A stretch of DNA of 64,000 nt from the NCBI GenBank assembly GCA_016288795.1, contig JAEELI010000007.1, forward strand, positions 71,206-135,205, given 5' to 3'. Below the pieces are notes generated by a model. It had not been told where the DNA came from, did not search any database, and worked only from the letters and a program-made list of their open reading frames with translations. Of the stretch, positions 35,360 through 44,737 are shown one piece after another. A program made the position numbers and the translations under genes. Source of the stretch: Bacillales bacterium (GTDB lineage: Bacteria; Bacillota_I; Bacilli_A; RF39; UBA660). The first letter of the stretch is position 1. The number at the start of each line of letters is the position of its first letter.

Positions 35360-37138
35360 TTACTCTAAAACAGCTTTAATTCTCCTTATTCCAGCGCTAC
35401 TAGATTCTTCTTTTACAATTTTAAATTTACCCATTTCTTTAGTGTTAAGGACATGAGGACCACCACATATTTCTTTAGACAAATTACCTACAGAATAAAC
35501 TTTTACTGTCTCTCCATATTTGTTTGCAAAAGAACCTATCGCACCACTTTTTACTGCTTCTTCATATGGCATTTCTTCACAAATGACATCAGAATTAGTT
35601 TTAATCATTTCATTAACCCTATCTTCAATTCTTTTCTTTTCTTCATCAGTTAATTTATGATCTAGATTGAAATCAAATCTTAATCTTTCAGATGTTATAT
35701 TGCTTCCTTTTTGATAAACATCAGAACCATAAAATTCTCTTAATGCCGCTAGTAAAAGATGGCAAGCAGTATGATATTTAATTGTCATTTCTGAATGATC
35801 TGCAAGACCGCCTTTATATGAACCGGCATCTAAAGTTCTAGATTTATCTTGGTGTTCTTTAAAGCATTTATCAAATCCATCAATATCTACTTCTAAATTA
35901 TTCTCTTTAGCAAGTTCTATAGTCATTTCTAATGGAAAACCAAAGGTATCAAACAATTTAAAAGCATCAGCTCCAGATATTACTTTGCCATTCAAACTTC
36001 TAATGGTTTTATAAAATAATCTTTCTCCATCTTTTAATGTTTTGCTAAATTTATTATATTCTAATTCTAATTCATTTAATATTATATCTTTGTTTCTTTC
36101 TAATTCATCATATTTACTTTTATAATCTTCAATATATATACTAGCTAAAGAACCTAAGATATACTCATTAATATTAAGCTTTCTTAAGTGTCTTATAGTT
36201 CTTCTAATTAATCTTCTTAAAACATATCCTGCTCCTACATTAGATGGTTTAACATTATGATCATCACCCAAAATGAATGTTGCAGCACGCATATGATCCA
36301 TTATAATTCGAAAACTTTCTTTATAATCATCATATTTAAGATGAGATACATTTTCTAAATATGATTTTATATTTACAAATTCCTCTATATCATAAACACT
36401 ACTATAACCATTTAATACTTGAACAGTTCTTTCTAAGCCCATTCCAGTGTCAACATTTTGTTGACTTAGTTTACTTAGATTTCCCTTTTCATCACGATAA
36501 TACTCCATAAATACATTATTCCATATTTCTAAGTATTTACCACAATCACACGCTACTGAACAATTCTCAGAACATTTTTCTTTTCCTGTATCATAAAATA
36601 TTTCAGTATCCGGTCCACATGGGCCAATTCCGCTTCCCAATATCCAAAAATTATTTTCTTTAGGCAAAAAAGATATATGATCTTTCTCTACTCCTAAACT
36701 AAGCCAAATATTGTAACTTTCTTCATCTTTAGGAGCCATATCATCTCCAGCAAAAACTGAGAAATATAATTTATCCTTAGGAATTCCCAAGTAATCTGGA
36801 CTAGTTAAAAACTCATAACTATATTTTATTGAATCTTCTTTAAAATAATCTCCTAAACTCCAATTACCAAGCATCTCGAAGAAGGTTAAGTGAGAACTAT
36901 CACCAACTTCATCAATATCACTTGTTCTAATACACTTTTGAACATCCGTTAATCTTTTTCCCTCAGGATGCTTTTCTCCTAATAAATATGGCACTAAAGG
37001 ATGCATCCCAGCAGTTGTGAATAAAACACTAGGGTCATTTTCAGGAATTAATGAGGATGAAGAAATAATCTTATGATTTTTACTTTCAAAAAACTTTAAA
37101 TAATTAGCGCGTAATTCATTTGTTGTCCATTTATTCAT
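35360..37138 (-). CDS. alaS: alanine--tRNA ligase, short form (catalytic and editing domains, no C-Ala domain)
   Basis: FTTAGMHP, FFEMLGNWS.GDYFK, DTGMGLERT, and editing motifs HTACHLL and CGGPHV. It ends right after the editing core at 592 aa. Confidence 0.9.
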   Translation of the reverse strand: MNKWTTNELRANYLKFFESKNHKIISSSSLIPENDPSVLFTTAGMHPLVPYLLGEKHPEGKRLTDVQKCIRTSDIDEVGDSSHLTFFEMLGNWSLGDYFKEDSIKYSYEFLTSPDYLGIPKDKLYFSVFAGDDMAPKDEESYNIWLSLGVEKDHISFLPKENNFWILGSGIGPCGPDTEIFYDTGKEKCSENCSVACDCGKYLEIWNNVFMEYYRDEKGNLSKLSQQNVDTGMGLERTVQVLNGYSSVYDIEEFVNIKSYLENVSHLKYDDYKESFRIIMDHMRAATFILGDDHNVKPSNVGAGYVLRRLIRRTIRHLRKLNINEYILGSLASIYIEDYKSKYDELERNKDIILNELELEYNKFSKTLKDGERLFYKTIRSLNGKVISGADAFKLFDTFGFPLEMTIELAKENNLEVDIDGFDKCFKEHQDKSRTLDAGSYKGGLADHSEMTIKYHTACHLLLAALREFYGSDVYQKGSNITSERLRFDFNLDHKLTDEEKKRIEDRVNEMIKTNSDVICEEMPYEEAVKSGAIGSFANKYGETVKVYSVGNLSKEICGGPHVLNTKEMGKFKIVKEESSSAGIRRIKAVLE

Positions 37139-37662
37139 TATTCAATTCCTTCCAAATATTTAAATACTTTATCCTTTAATGATTCCATAGTATCGTTAGC
37201 TAATATATAATCAAAATCATCATAATTTTCTAATGCTGTTTCAGTCTTGTGAGATTGTTCTTCAACAGTTAAATAACTAGCGCTAAATTGATTTTCAACG
37301 TATATAGCATATACATTATCATAATTTAATTTAATATCATCAATTTCAACTGGGAAACGAACGTCACTAATAACTACATTATCTGCTAACTTTTCATATA
37401 CTCTCAAATTGCTAAGCATATTGTTAACTAAGAACTTTTCATCTACACTTCTTATTGTATCGCCTAATTCTTGTAAGTAACCTCTTGGTTTTGTATTATT
37501 ATTACCATCCCAATCAGTTAATTCCATGGCAAATTGTTTAACGGGTTTGCTATATCCAGTTATTGCACATGTTTCCATTTTGTAGATATAATACTCTTTA
37601 ATTAATTTAGCTACTTCTCCCTTTCCACTTCCTGATTTTCCAGCGATTAAAAATATTCTCAT
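37138..37662 (-). CDS. P-loop kinase-like protein (deoxynucleotide-monophosphate-kinase-like)
   Basis: Walker A IAGKSGSGKGEVA, plus ISDVRFPVEID and SHKTE, resembling dNMP-kinase family motifs. Its stop overlaps the alaS ATG (TAATG). Confidence 0.55.
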   Translation of the reverse strand: MRIFLIAGKSGSGKGEVAKLIKEYYIYKMETCAITGYSKPVKQFAMELTDWDGNNNTKPRGYLQELGDTIRSVDEKFLVNNMLSNLRVYEKLADNVVISDVRFPVEIDDIKLNYDNVYAIYVENQFSASYLTVEEQSHKTETALENYDDFDYILANDTMESLKDKVFKYLEGIE

Positions 37663-37664
37663 AA

Positions 37665-37832
37665 TATCCTCCTTCTAAAAATAAAAAGGATGATCCCTAA
37701 GGAGTGCTTAAGCACGGTACCATCCTTTATTTTTCTCTTTGTGTTAACGATTCATCACCGATTAATCTCCAAAAGTAGCAATATATAATTCCTATTATTA
37801 GTTTCCATCAGCCACTAACTTTCTCTAAACAC
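37665..37832 (-). promoter_or_regulatory. T-box leader (Ala) upstream of the kinase-like/alaS bicistron
   Basis: Minus strand shows AGAGAAAGTTAGTGG stem I, candidate specifier GCU followed by A (37777-37779) and the T-box core AGGATGGTACCGTG (37713-37726). The terminator is AAGGATG..CATCCTT followed by TTTTATTTTT. Confidence 0.8.
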
Positions 37833-37892
37833 AAATTATATACATCTTTTTTCTCTGATTACATAAATACTATAGCACAATTATTATTATTT

Positions 37893-39026
37893 TTAAACTC
37901 TTTTTTCAATTAAATAATTTTCTTTTACCCATTCTAGTAAAACCTTAAGAATTGTTAGTGATGGAGTTGCTAGAATCATTCCAATAATACCAAAGAAATG
38001 GCCAAATACTAGTAAACCAATAATAATTATAACTGGGTGTAAAGAACTTGCTTTACTCATAACTATAGGTTGAAGAATATAACTTTCTACTACTTGAACA
38101 ATTACACATATTATTAAAACTCCAATTCCTATCCAAGGATCTTGAGTAAAGCCCACAATAACGGCAACTCCACCACCAATGTATGGACCAATATATGGTA
38201 TTAAATCAGTAATACCACAAAACATTCCAAATAATAATGGAGCATTTAACCCAATTAATGTAAAACCAATTGAATCACATAATAGAACGACTAGCGCTAC
38301 TAGAAAGGTGCCATTAACAACCTTTCTAACTTCTCCACTCATTTTAGTAGATAAATTATGAATATCATCTTGCCATTTTAAAGGAAATAATTTCTTAACA
38401 TAAACACTTATGCTCTCGTAATCTATAAGCATATATATACCAATAATTAATCCCATAGCAACTATTCCAATACCACTAAATAATGAACCTATCATATTTA
38501 ATATTGTTGATGGTGCATCTTTAGCTATTTCTGTTCCATAATTAGTTATATTATTTAGCAAACGATTCTTAAATTGTTCTAAGTTTAATCCACTAGTAGA
38601 TAATCTAGTAAAGAAATCATTAATACTTTTAGTTATTTTTTCAATTAAACTAGGTATTAATCCAACTAATTCATTAACTTCTCTATATACTGTAGGAATA
38701 AATAGATATAAAAGTCCAACTATTAGTAATATAAATAGAAGAAATACTATTATAGAACTAATGGTATTATTTTTAGTCTTAGTATTAAGTTTTAGTACCA
38801 GAGGCCTTAGTAGCCATGCTATAACAAAACCAATAAAGAATGGAATAATAACTTTAAGTATATCTAAAACTATATCATATAATTTTAATTTTTGAATGGC
38901 TACTATGGCCACTAAAACTAAGGCTGCTATAAAAACTATATAAAGAATTTTTAATATTTTTTTAGTTAAACCTAAAACTTCATTCACCTCTTTTTTATTA
39001 ATGTCTTGACTATTTTTATCTTTCAT
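37893..39026 (-). CDS. AI-2E family transporter (PerM/YdiK-like permease)
   Basis: About 8 TM helices and the conserved ..GITDLIPYIGPYIGG.. motif. The ATG at 39026 follows AGGTGA. Confidence 0.85.
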   Translation of the reverse strand: MKDKNSQDINKKEVNEVLGLTKKILKILYIVFIAALVLVAIVAIQKLKLYDIVLDILKVIIPFFIGFVIAWLLRPLVLKLNTKTKNNTISSIIVFLLFILLIVGLLYLFIPTVYREVNELVGLIPSLIEKITKSINDFFTRLSTSGLNLEQFKNRLLNNITNYGTEIAKDAPSTILNMIGSLFSGIGIVAMGLIIGIYMLIDYESISVYVKKLFPLKWQDDIHNLSTKMSGEVRKVVNGTFLVALVVLLCDSIGFTLIGLNAPLLFGMFCGITDLIPYIGPYIGGGVAVIVGFTQDPWIGIGVLIICVIVQVVESYILQPIVMSKASSLHPVIIIIGLLVFGHFFGIIGMILATPSLTILKVLLEWVKENYLIEKRV

Positions 39027-39083
39027 ATAATCACCTAATAACATTATACTACATAAATGATTATTTTTCACAAAGAAAAAGAG

Positions 39084-39251
39084 TTATAAACTCTTTTCAA
39101 AAGTATTTGTGGTGACATCATTAGCTTTATCTAAAACACTATTTATAAGTCTATCAGCTTTGCTTTTAGTCCTTTTATTGACTAAAGTATATGTCCCTAG
39201 GCCTATCATACCTGCTACTACCATCCCTGTAACAAGTCCCATTTTTTTCAT
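39084..39251 (-). CDS. small 55-aa membrane-anchored protein (YtxH-like?)
   Basis: Not in the ORF track. AGAGGTGGAAAG RBS followed by MKKMGLVTGMVVAGMIGLGTYTLVNKRTKSKADRLINSVLDKANDVTTNTFEKSL*. Confidence 0.45.
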   Translation of the reverse strand: MKKMGLVTGMVVAGMIGLGTYTLVNKRTKSKADRLINSVLDKANDVTTNTFEKSL

Positions 39252-39287
39252 CTTTCCACCTCTAATAATATTATGGATAGAATTATA

Positions 39288-41486
39288 TTAATTATGTAAA
39301 AATATTTCTAATAGCCTTTCTCTTAAGGTTGTTTTTCTTAAATTTCCATAATCATTAAATATACCTCGATAAAATGCGTTGGGATCGCCAATTAATATAA
39401 GACTTTTCTTAGCTCTACTAACTCCAGTATAAAGAATTTTATTATATAACATGTTTCCGTAATGGAATGTTATTGGCATTATTATATGATCAAATTCACT
39501 TCCCTGACTCTTATGTATTGACATGGCATAAGCATGTCTAATATTTTTTAAATCTTTTTTCTCATATCTAACTAAATTACCATCAAAATCTATAATAACA
39601 ACATCTTTTCTATATGGTTTTTTGATTGTAATTATATCACTTATAAAACCTATATCACCATTGAACACATTATTATCGGCGTCATTTATTAATTGTAAAA
39701 CTTTATCATTTACTTTATATTCAATATCTCCATAAGTGATTTGTTTTTCATTAGGACTTGGGTTAAATAATTTACATAACATTCTATTTAAATTATCTAT
39801 TCCATTATCTCCCCGATACATTGGTGCAAGTATTTGTAAATTATTTTCATCAAATCCTTTTTTTATTCCTTCTTCAATTATTTTTTTAATTGTCATTGGA
39901 ATATCTTTATTCTCAGTTATTATAAAATTATAATCGTCATGTTTATTCAACCACTCTTCGGCTAAATCTTTATTCTTTATTTCTTTAGCTAAATAAGGTA
40001 TATAAGAATTCTCACTTTGACGATATATATAATTTAAGGGAACATAATTAAATAAATCACCATTTATTAAATCACTTAAGATATTCCCCGGGCCTACTGA
40101 AGGTAATTGAAAAGCATCTCCTACTAAAACTAATTGAACATAACTATGAATCCCTTTTAATAATGCCGCAAATAAAGAATTATCAATCATACTAACTTCA
40201 TCAACTATTATAAGTTTTTGAAAGTTTTTATTATTCTCATTTATCATAAAGTCATCAGTATCTTTATTCCATTTTAAATAACGATGAATAGTTGATGCTG
40301 GCATACTTGTTGCCATAGACATCTTTTTGCTTGCTCTTCCAGTCGGAGCTAAAAGGGCTATCTGCTCAGTTATCTCAATTGGACTTAATCGATTATTTTC
40401 AATAAATAATCTAACTATTGCATTAATTATTGTTGTTTTCCCTGTTCCAGGACCTCCAGATATTATTGTAATATTATTATTTAATGCTGTGCTTATAGCT
40501 TTTATCTGATCATCATTATAAGTAATGTTTAACTTCTTTTCTATTTCTTTAATTCTTTCTTGATAATCGGTAGTTTTTATCTTTTTATCCTGTATTTTCT
40601 TTAATAATTCTGATATTACAACTTCATCTTCATAATTGTTTTGCAAATAACACTTATTTTCATCTATGACTACAAATAGTTCTTTTGCTAATTCATTTAT
40701 ATATTCTTCGAATAATTCAAATTCAATATTAAGATTAAATAATTTAACTAAAATAGAATATACATCACTTAAATCATAGTAAATGTCCCCTGTATTTAAA
40801 GAAATAGTCTTCATAGATTCAATAATACATGCTTTTACTCTTCTTTTATCATATCTATCATAATTATTTAAAAAGATATTATCTAAACGATTAAAATCTA
40901 CAACATCATTTAATAAATAAATATTGTTATCAATAACATCAAGTATATTTCCTTTATGTTTAGTATATATTCTTCCTGCTTCTTCAATAGAAAAACCCAA
41001 ATTCTTCAATTTTAATAAAATATCTGACGACTTAGAATAATTTAAAATTGATTCCCTAATCTTAATTTTATTTTTAAGACCTAAACCTTCAATTTCATCT
41101 AGTGCTTTTTCATCTTCTTTAATTCTTTCAATTGTTCTGGCTCCAAAGACAGAAACTATTTTCTCAGCTGTTTTTTTTCCGCAACCTTTAACAAAAGAGC
41201 TTGATAAAAATTCAATAATATCATCGTTTTCCTCAGGAATAATAACTTTATATTCTTTAATTTGAAATTGCTTTCCAAATCTTTCGTGATCAATGAAATT
41301 ACCTTCAATTTCTATAGGAGTCTCCAATTTAATATCAAGTAATGATCCAGTTATGGTGATAGTTTTTTTTAACCATTCTTTATCTATATCATCATAAACT
41401 TTAGAGACACGAAAAAGACCAACTAAGTAGCCATTGTCATCGTTTTGATAAATAATTTTCTTGATTGAACCTTTTAATTTTGTCAT
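39288..41486 (-). CDS. recD2: RecD2-type SF1 5'-3' DNA helicase
   Basis: 732 aa with an N-terminal HhH/OB region, Walker A ISGGPGTGKTT, DEVSMID, and a C-terminal SH3-like domain plus HKSQGSEF. Confidence 0.93.
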   Translation of the reverse strand: MTKLKGSIKKIIYQNDDNGYLVGLFRVSKVYDDIDKEWLKKTITITGSLLDIKLETPIEIEGNFIDHERFGKQFQIKEYKVIIPEENDDIIEFLSSSFVKGCGKKTAEKIVSVFGARTIERIKEDEKALDEIEGLGLKNKIKIRESILNYSKSSDILLKLKNLGFSIEEAGRIYTKHKGNILDVIDNNIYLLNDVVDFNRLDNIFLNNYDRYDKRRVKACIIESMKTISLNTGDIYYDLSDVYSILVKLFNLNIEFELFEEYINELAKELFVVIDENKCYLQNNYEDEVVISELLKKIQDKKIKTTDYQERIKEIEKKLNITYNDDQIKAISTALNNNITIISGGPGTGKTTIINAIVRLFIENNRLSPIEITEQIALLAPTGRASKKMSMATSMPASTIHRYLKWNKDTDDFMINENNKNFQKLIIVDEVSMIDNSLFAALLKGIHSYVQLVLVGDAFQLPSVGPGNILSDLINGDLFNYVPLNYIYRQSENSYIPYLAKEIKNKDLAEEWLNKHDDYNFIITENKDIPMTIKKIIEEGIKKGFDENNLQILAPMYRGDNGIDNLNRMLCKLFNPSPNEKQITYGDIEYKVNDKVLQLINDADNNVFNGDIGFISDIITIKKPYRKDVVIIDFDGNLVRYEKKDLKNIRHAYAMSIHKSQGSEFDHIIMPITFHYGNMLYNKILYTGVSRAKKSLILIGDPNAFYRGIFNDYGNLRKTTLRERLLEIFLHN

Positions 41487-41526
41487 GAAATTATTATACT
41501 CTATAAATAAAAAAAGAAAAAGTGTT

Positions 41527-41955
41527 TTAAAACTTTTTTTCTCTCAATAATCTCATAGTCCATTCCTCTGGAACAATTAACTTTCCCTTTTCAGTTGTTT
41601 CATTATAATATTCCATTTCGAATGAATATAAAATGTCATCAATAGCTTTTAAGTTCTCATAATCGAGATATCCTTTTATATTTTCATCTATCATCTCACT
41701 ACTAATTGCAGCAAATCTATCATAATCGTATTTTTCTATTGTATGTAAATAATCATGACTGGTATTTCTAACTAATAAAGCACAATTCCAGTCTAAAAAA
41801 CCAGCGTGGGGATATAAATCTTTACATACACAACGAGGAATAATTAAGTGATGAAAAGATAATTCTTGAACGTCATTAAACCTATATCCCATAAAATCAT
41901 ATTTAAGCTTATTTAATGCATATCTTTCAATCATTATTTTGGTAATTTCTCTCAT
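41527..41955 (-). CDS. small HNH-like nuclease-fold protein (tentative)
   Basis: Contains ..SFHHLIIPRCVC.. and ..WNCALLVRNTSHDYLH.., an H-N-H-like spacing. Confidence 0.35.
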   Translation of the reverse strand: MREITKIMIERYALNKLKYDFMGYRFNDVQELSFHHLIIPRCVCKDLYPHAGFLDWNCALLVRNTSHDYLHTIEKYDYDRFAAISSEMIDENIKGYLDYENLKAIDDILYSFEMEYYNETTEKGKLIVPEEWTMRLLREKKF

Positions 41956-42011
41956 ACTAAATGCCTTTTCTATTCTATTTAATTATATCATTACAAAGAA
42001 AAATATAAAAC

Positions 42012-42037
42012 AAAAAAATCTCATAATAATGAGATTT
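42012..42037 (-). terminator. terminator after tRNA-Ser
   Basis: Minus strand reads AAATCTCA-TTATTA-TGAGATTT followed by a T-run. Confidence 0.7.
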
Positions 42038-42046
42038 ATAAACATA

Positions 42047-42137
42047 TGGCGGAGCAGGAGAGATTTGAACTCTCGCGACAGTTACCCGTCCTACACCCTT
42101 AGCAGGGGCGCCTCTTCAGCCTCTTGAGTACTACTCC
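42047..42137 (-). tRNA. tRNA-Ser (anticodon GCU), class II with long variable arm, CCA encoded
   Basis: Minus strand reads GGAGTAGTACTCAAGAGGCTGAAGAGGCGCCCCTGCTAAGGGTGTAGGACGGGTAACTGTCGCGAGAGTTCAAATCTCTCCTGCTCCGCCA. The acceptor stem is 7 bp (one G-U), the T-arm is GAGAG-TTCAAAT-CTCTC, and the anticodon loop is CT-GCT-AA. Confidence 0.93.
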
Positions 42138-42202
42138 ATACCAAGAATTACTCCTATAGTTTAACACATAAGCCTATTTTAGTCAATTATTTAAGGGATT
42201 TA

Positions 42203-43063
42203 TTATTTTAATAATAAATCCCTTATAATAGATATATTTTCATCTTGAATTGTTATATAATCACTAGCTGTGTCTGAATTAGTAACTAAATTATTCAATT
42301 CAATAACTTTAGCTTTGTAGTTATTCTCTAACTCCTTGAAAAGTTCACTTTTCTTTTCTCCTTTAATCATAATAATACTATTATAATTAGAACTCTTAAA
42401 TTTACTCTTTAGATCATTTATTGCATTAGGACTATTAGAACTTTCTATATCTTCAATAGATATAACATTAAATCCATAGCCTTCTAGAAATTTAAGAGTA
42501 TTAGTTGCAACTACAAGTGTATTTTTTCCGTTTTCTTTAGCGTCTCTAGCTATATTACGCAACTCTGCATCTAACCACGAAACTTTTTCATATAATTCAT
42601 TATATTTAGTATTAACTGAATCTATTTTTATTGAATTATCCAAATATTCATTTAATGATGATTTAATGTTCTTTACAAGCATTAAGAAATTATTTGGAGC
42701 TAACCATAATTCAGTTATATTATCACTAGATAAACCATAAGTTGCATCTATAAGCATTAACTTATTATTCTTATTAATGAATGTTTTAGCTAAGTCTTTT
42801 TCGGGACCTAAACCAATATATACAAATAAATCTCCTTCAGAATAATTATCTATTTGTTTTTCAGTTAATTTATAATTATTTAAGTCCACTCCATCAGGAT
42901 AAATACTATCAACTGTGCTATTTTCACCATATAAGTATTTAGTTATATATTCAACCGGATATACTGTTGTCCAAATTGTTGCGTTATCTAGATTAGTTTT
43001 TGAACACCCAGCTAGTAGAAATATACAGAAAACTAATAAACTAATTATTTTTATTTTTTTCAT
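42203..43063 (-). CDS. lipoprotein with ZnuA/TroA-type (cluster A) substrate-binding fold but no histidines
   Basis: Lipobox LLAGC. The fold-level pattern is (I)WTTVYPVEYI...DLFVYIGLG.E...ELWLAPNN. The mature protein contains no His residue. Confidence 0.6.
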   Translation of the reverse strand: MKKIKIISLLVFCIFLLAGCSKTNLDNATIWTTVYPVEYITKYLYGENSTVDSIYPDGVDLNNYKLTEKQIDNYSEGDLFVYIGLGPEKDLAKTFINKNNKLMLIDATYGLSSDNITELWLAPNNFLMLVKNIKSSLNEYLDNSIKIDSVNTKYNELYEKVSWLDAELRNIARDAKENGKNTLVVATNTLKFLEGYGFNVISIEDIESSNSPNAINDLKSKFKSSNYNSIIMIKGEKKSELFKELENNYKAKVIELNNLVTNSDTASDYITIQDENISIIRDLLLK

Positions 43064-43080
43064 AATATCCTCTATTCTAA

Positions 43081-43692
43081 TTAATACCATTTCTTTTTAT
43101 CAATAAAATATGTTTCAATTAATAATAAAATGCTTGAAACAATTATACCACCAATTATGTCACTTGCAAAATGAGCTCCTAAATATATTCTACTTAAACC
43201 AATCATAAATGGTAAAATACCTAGTAAAATACTTAAAGCTATCTTAGTTTTTTTATTAGTTGAACTTCTTAATAATAAATAAATAAGCATTCCATACATA
43301 GATACTGAGGCCATAGTATGGCCACTTGGAAACGAAAAAGATTTTTCTGTGACTAAAGCTAGAACTTCGGGACGAGGTCTACGAATAATAACTTTAATAA
43401 CATTATTCATTATAGTAGAAATAATTAAACATATTGTAATAATATAACCTTTACTATTCTTTTTTAAAATGATAAATAAAACTAAGAAAAAAGCACAAAG
43501 AAATACGATAAAAGATGTAGATCCAAAGAATGTAAAAACTTTATACATATTTGTAATAATTGTAGACATTTTTATTGTAACTATATTATATACCCAAGTA
43601 TCAAATCCACTTATTACATTAGTTTTAATTAATATTACTAAACTAATGAATAATAGAAACAACACTGAGACTATTATTGTTCTCTTTTTCAT
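43081..43692 (-). CDS. PAP2 family phosphatase
   Basis: Canonical motifs KVIIRRPRP, PSGH and SRIYLGAHFASD. Confidence 0.9.
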   Translation of the reverse strand: MKKRTIIVSVLFLLFISLVILIKTNVISGFDTWVYNIVTIKMSTIITNMYKVFTFFGSTSFIVFLCAFFLVLFIILKKNSKGYIITICLIISTIMNNVIKVIIRRPRPEVLALVTEKSFSFPSGHTMASVSMYGMLIYLLLRSSTNKKTKIALSILLGILPFMIGLSRIYLGAHFASDIIGGIIVSSILLLIETYFIDKKKWY

Positions 43693-44726
43693 TTTTTAAC
43701 TCCCGTAAACACAAAATCTCTTTTAATAAAAACGTTAACCATCCATAGTATTAAATCAACTAAAATCTTAATTAAAATAACATTTGAACCAGTTAAATTA
43801 AACAAGTATGCTACAAAACAACCAGATATAAACATTTGAATAGTAACTAATATATAATACTTAGCTAGAATTTTAAATGAACTATTTTTAAACATAGTAT
43901 TTTTATTAACAAAGTAATTATATATTGTAGATAAAACTCTAGCAATTATTGTAGCAGCAAGAATTTTACCATTAATCTTAAATATGCTTAGTAAAGAAGC
44001 AAATAATATCAATTCTAAAATATATGAAGATAAAGCAACTAATATATATTTAATAAATAATCTATATATTTTAATAGAATCTTTAATAGGATTAAAATGA
44101 CTATTAGAATTACTATCAATATATATTGTATCTATACCAACTTCTTTTATTTTAATATTTTTTCTTTGACATTCAATTAATATATTTGTTTCATATTCAT
44201 ATCTTTCTCCAGAAATGTCTAAAAACTCTAACATTAATTCTTTACTTAATCCTCTAAGACCTGTTTGAGTATCAGATATATCTATACCAACAAATAATTT
44301 AAAGACATTTCTAGTTGTTTTATTACCAAATCTACTTCTTTTAGGAACATCATCTTTACTAAAATCACGAACTCCTAATATCAATTTATCAGGATTTTTT
44401 AATAATGCTTGAGCACACTTTTTTATATCTTTAACACTATGTTGTCCATCACAATCGCATGTAACTACTCCATCAATTGTAGGAAATGCATTTAATATAT
44501 AATTAAATGCTGATTTGAGTGCTCTTCCTTTACCTAAATTCTTAAAGTGAGTAATAATAGTTACTCCACTTTTATCTAATTTTTCAAAAAATTTATTATG
44601 GCTTTCATCACTACCATCATTAACAACTAAAATATTAGTAAATTCTTTTTTTAATTCTTTTATAAATGATTCCATGATCTTTTGATCAGGATCCAGTGTT
44701 GGAATAACAACAAATATGTTTTTCAA
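43689..44726 (-). CDS. GT2 polyprenyl-phosphate glycosyltransferase fused to a GtrA-like membrane domain
   Basis: VVIPTLDPD, DGSD and DCDGQH (DxD) of GtrB/DPM1-like GT2, followed by 4 TM helices of GtrA type. Confidence 0.85.
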   Translation of the reverse strand: MKNIFVVIPTLDPDQKIMESFIKELKKEFTNILVVNDGSDESHNKFFEKLDKSGVTIITHFKNLGKGRALKSAFNYILNAFPTIDGVVTCDCDGQHSVKDIKKCAQALLKNPDKLILGVRDFSKDDVPKRSRFGNKTTRNVFKLFVGIDISDTQTGLRGLSKELMLEFLDISGERYEYETNILIECQRKNIKIKEVGIDTIYIDSNSNSHFNPIKDSIKIYRLFIKYILVALSSYILELILFASLLSIFKINGKILAATIIARVLSTIYNYFVNKNTMFKNSSFKILAKYYILVTIQMFISGCFVAYLFNLTGSNVILIKILVDLILWMVNVFIKRDFVFTGVKK

Positions 44727-44737
44727 AAAAATACCTC

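Noticed and set aside
39109-39291. Plus-strand 60-aa ORF between the AI-2E transporter gene and recD2
   Set aside because: It has a GTG start without an RBS. The opposite strand carries a better small ORF (39084..39251) with an RBS and a TM-plus-amphipathic-helix organisation.
41939-42127. Plus-strand ORF overlapping the tRNA-Ser gene
   Set aside because: The region folds into a canonical class II tRNA on the minus strand, so the ORF is the antisense of a tRNA plus its terminator.
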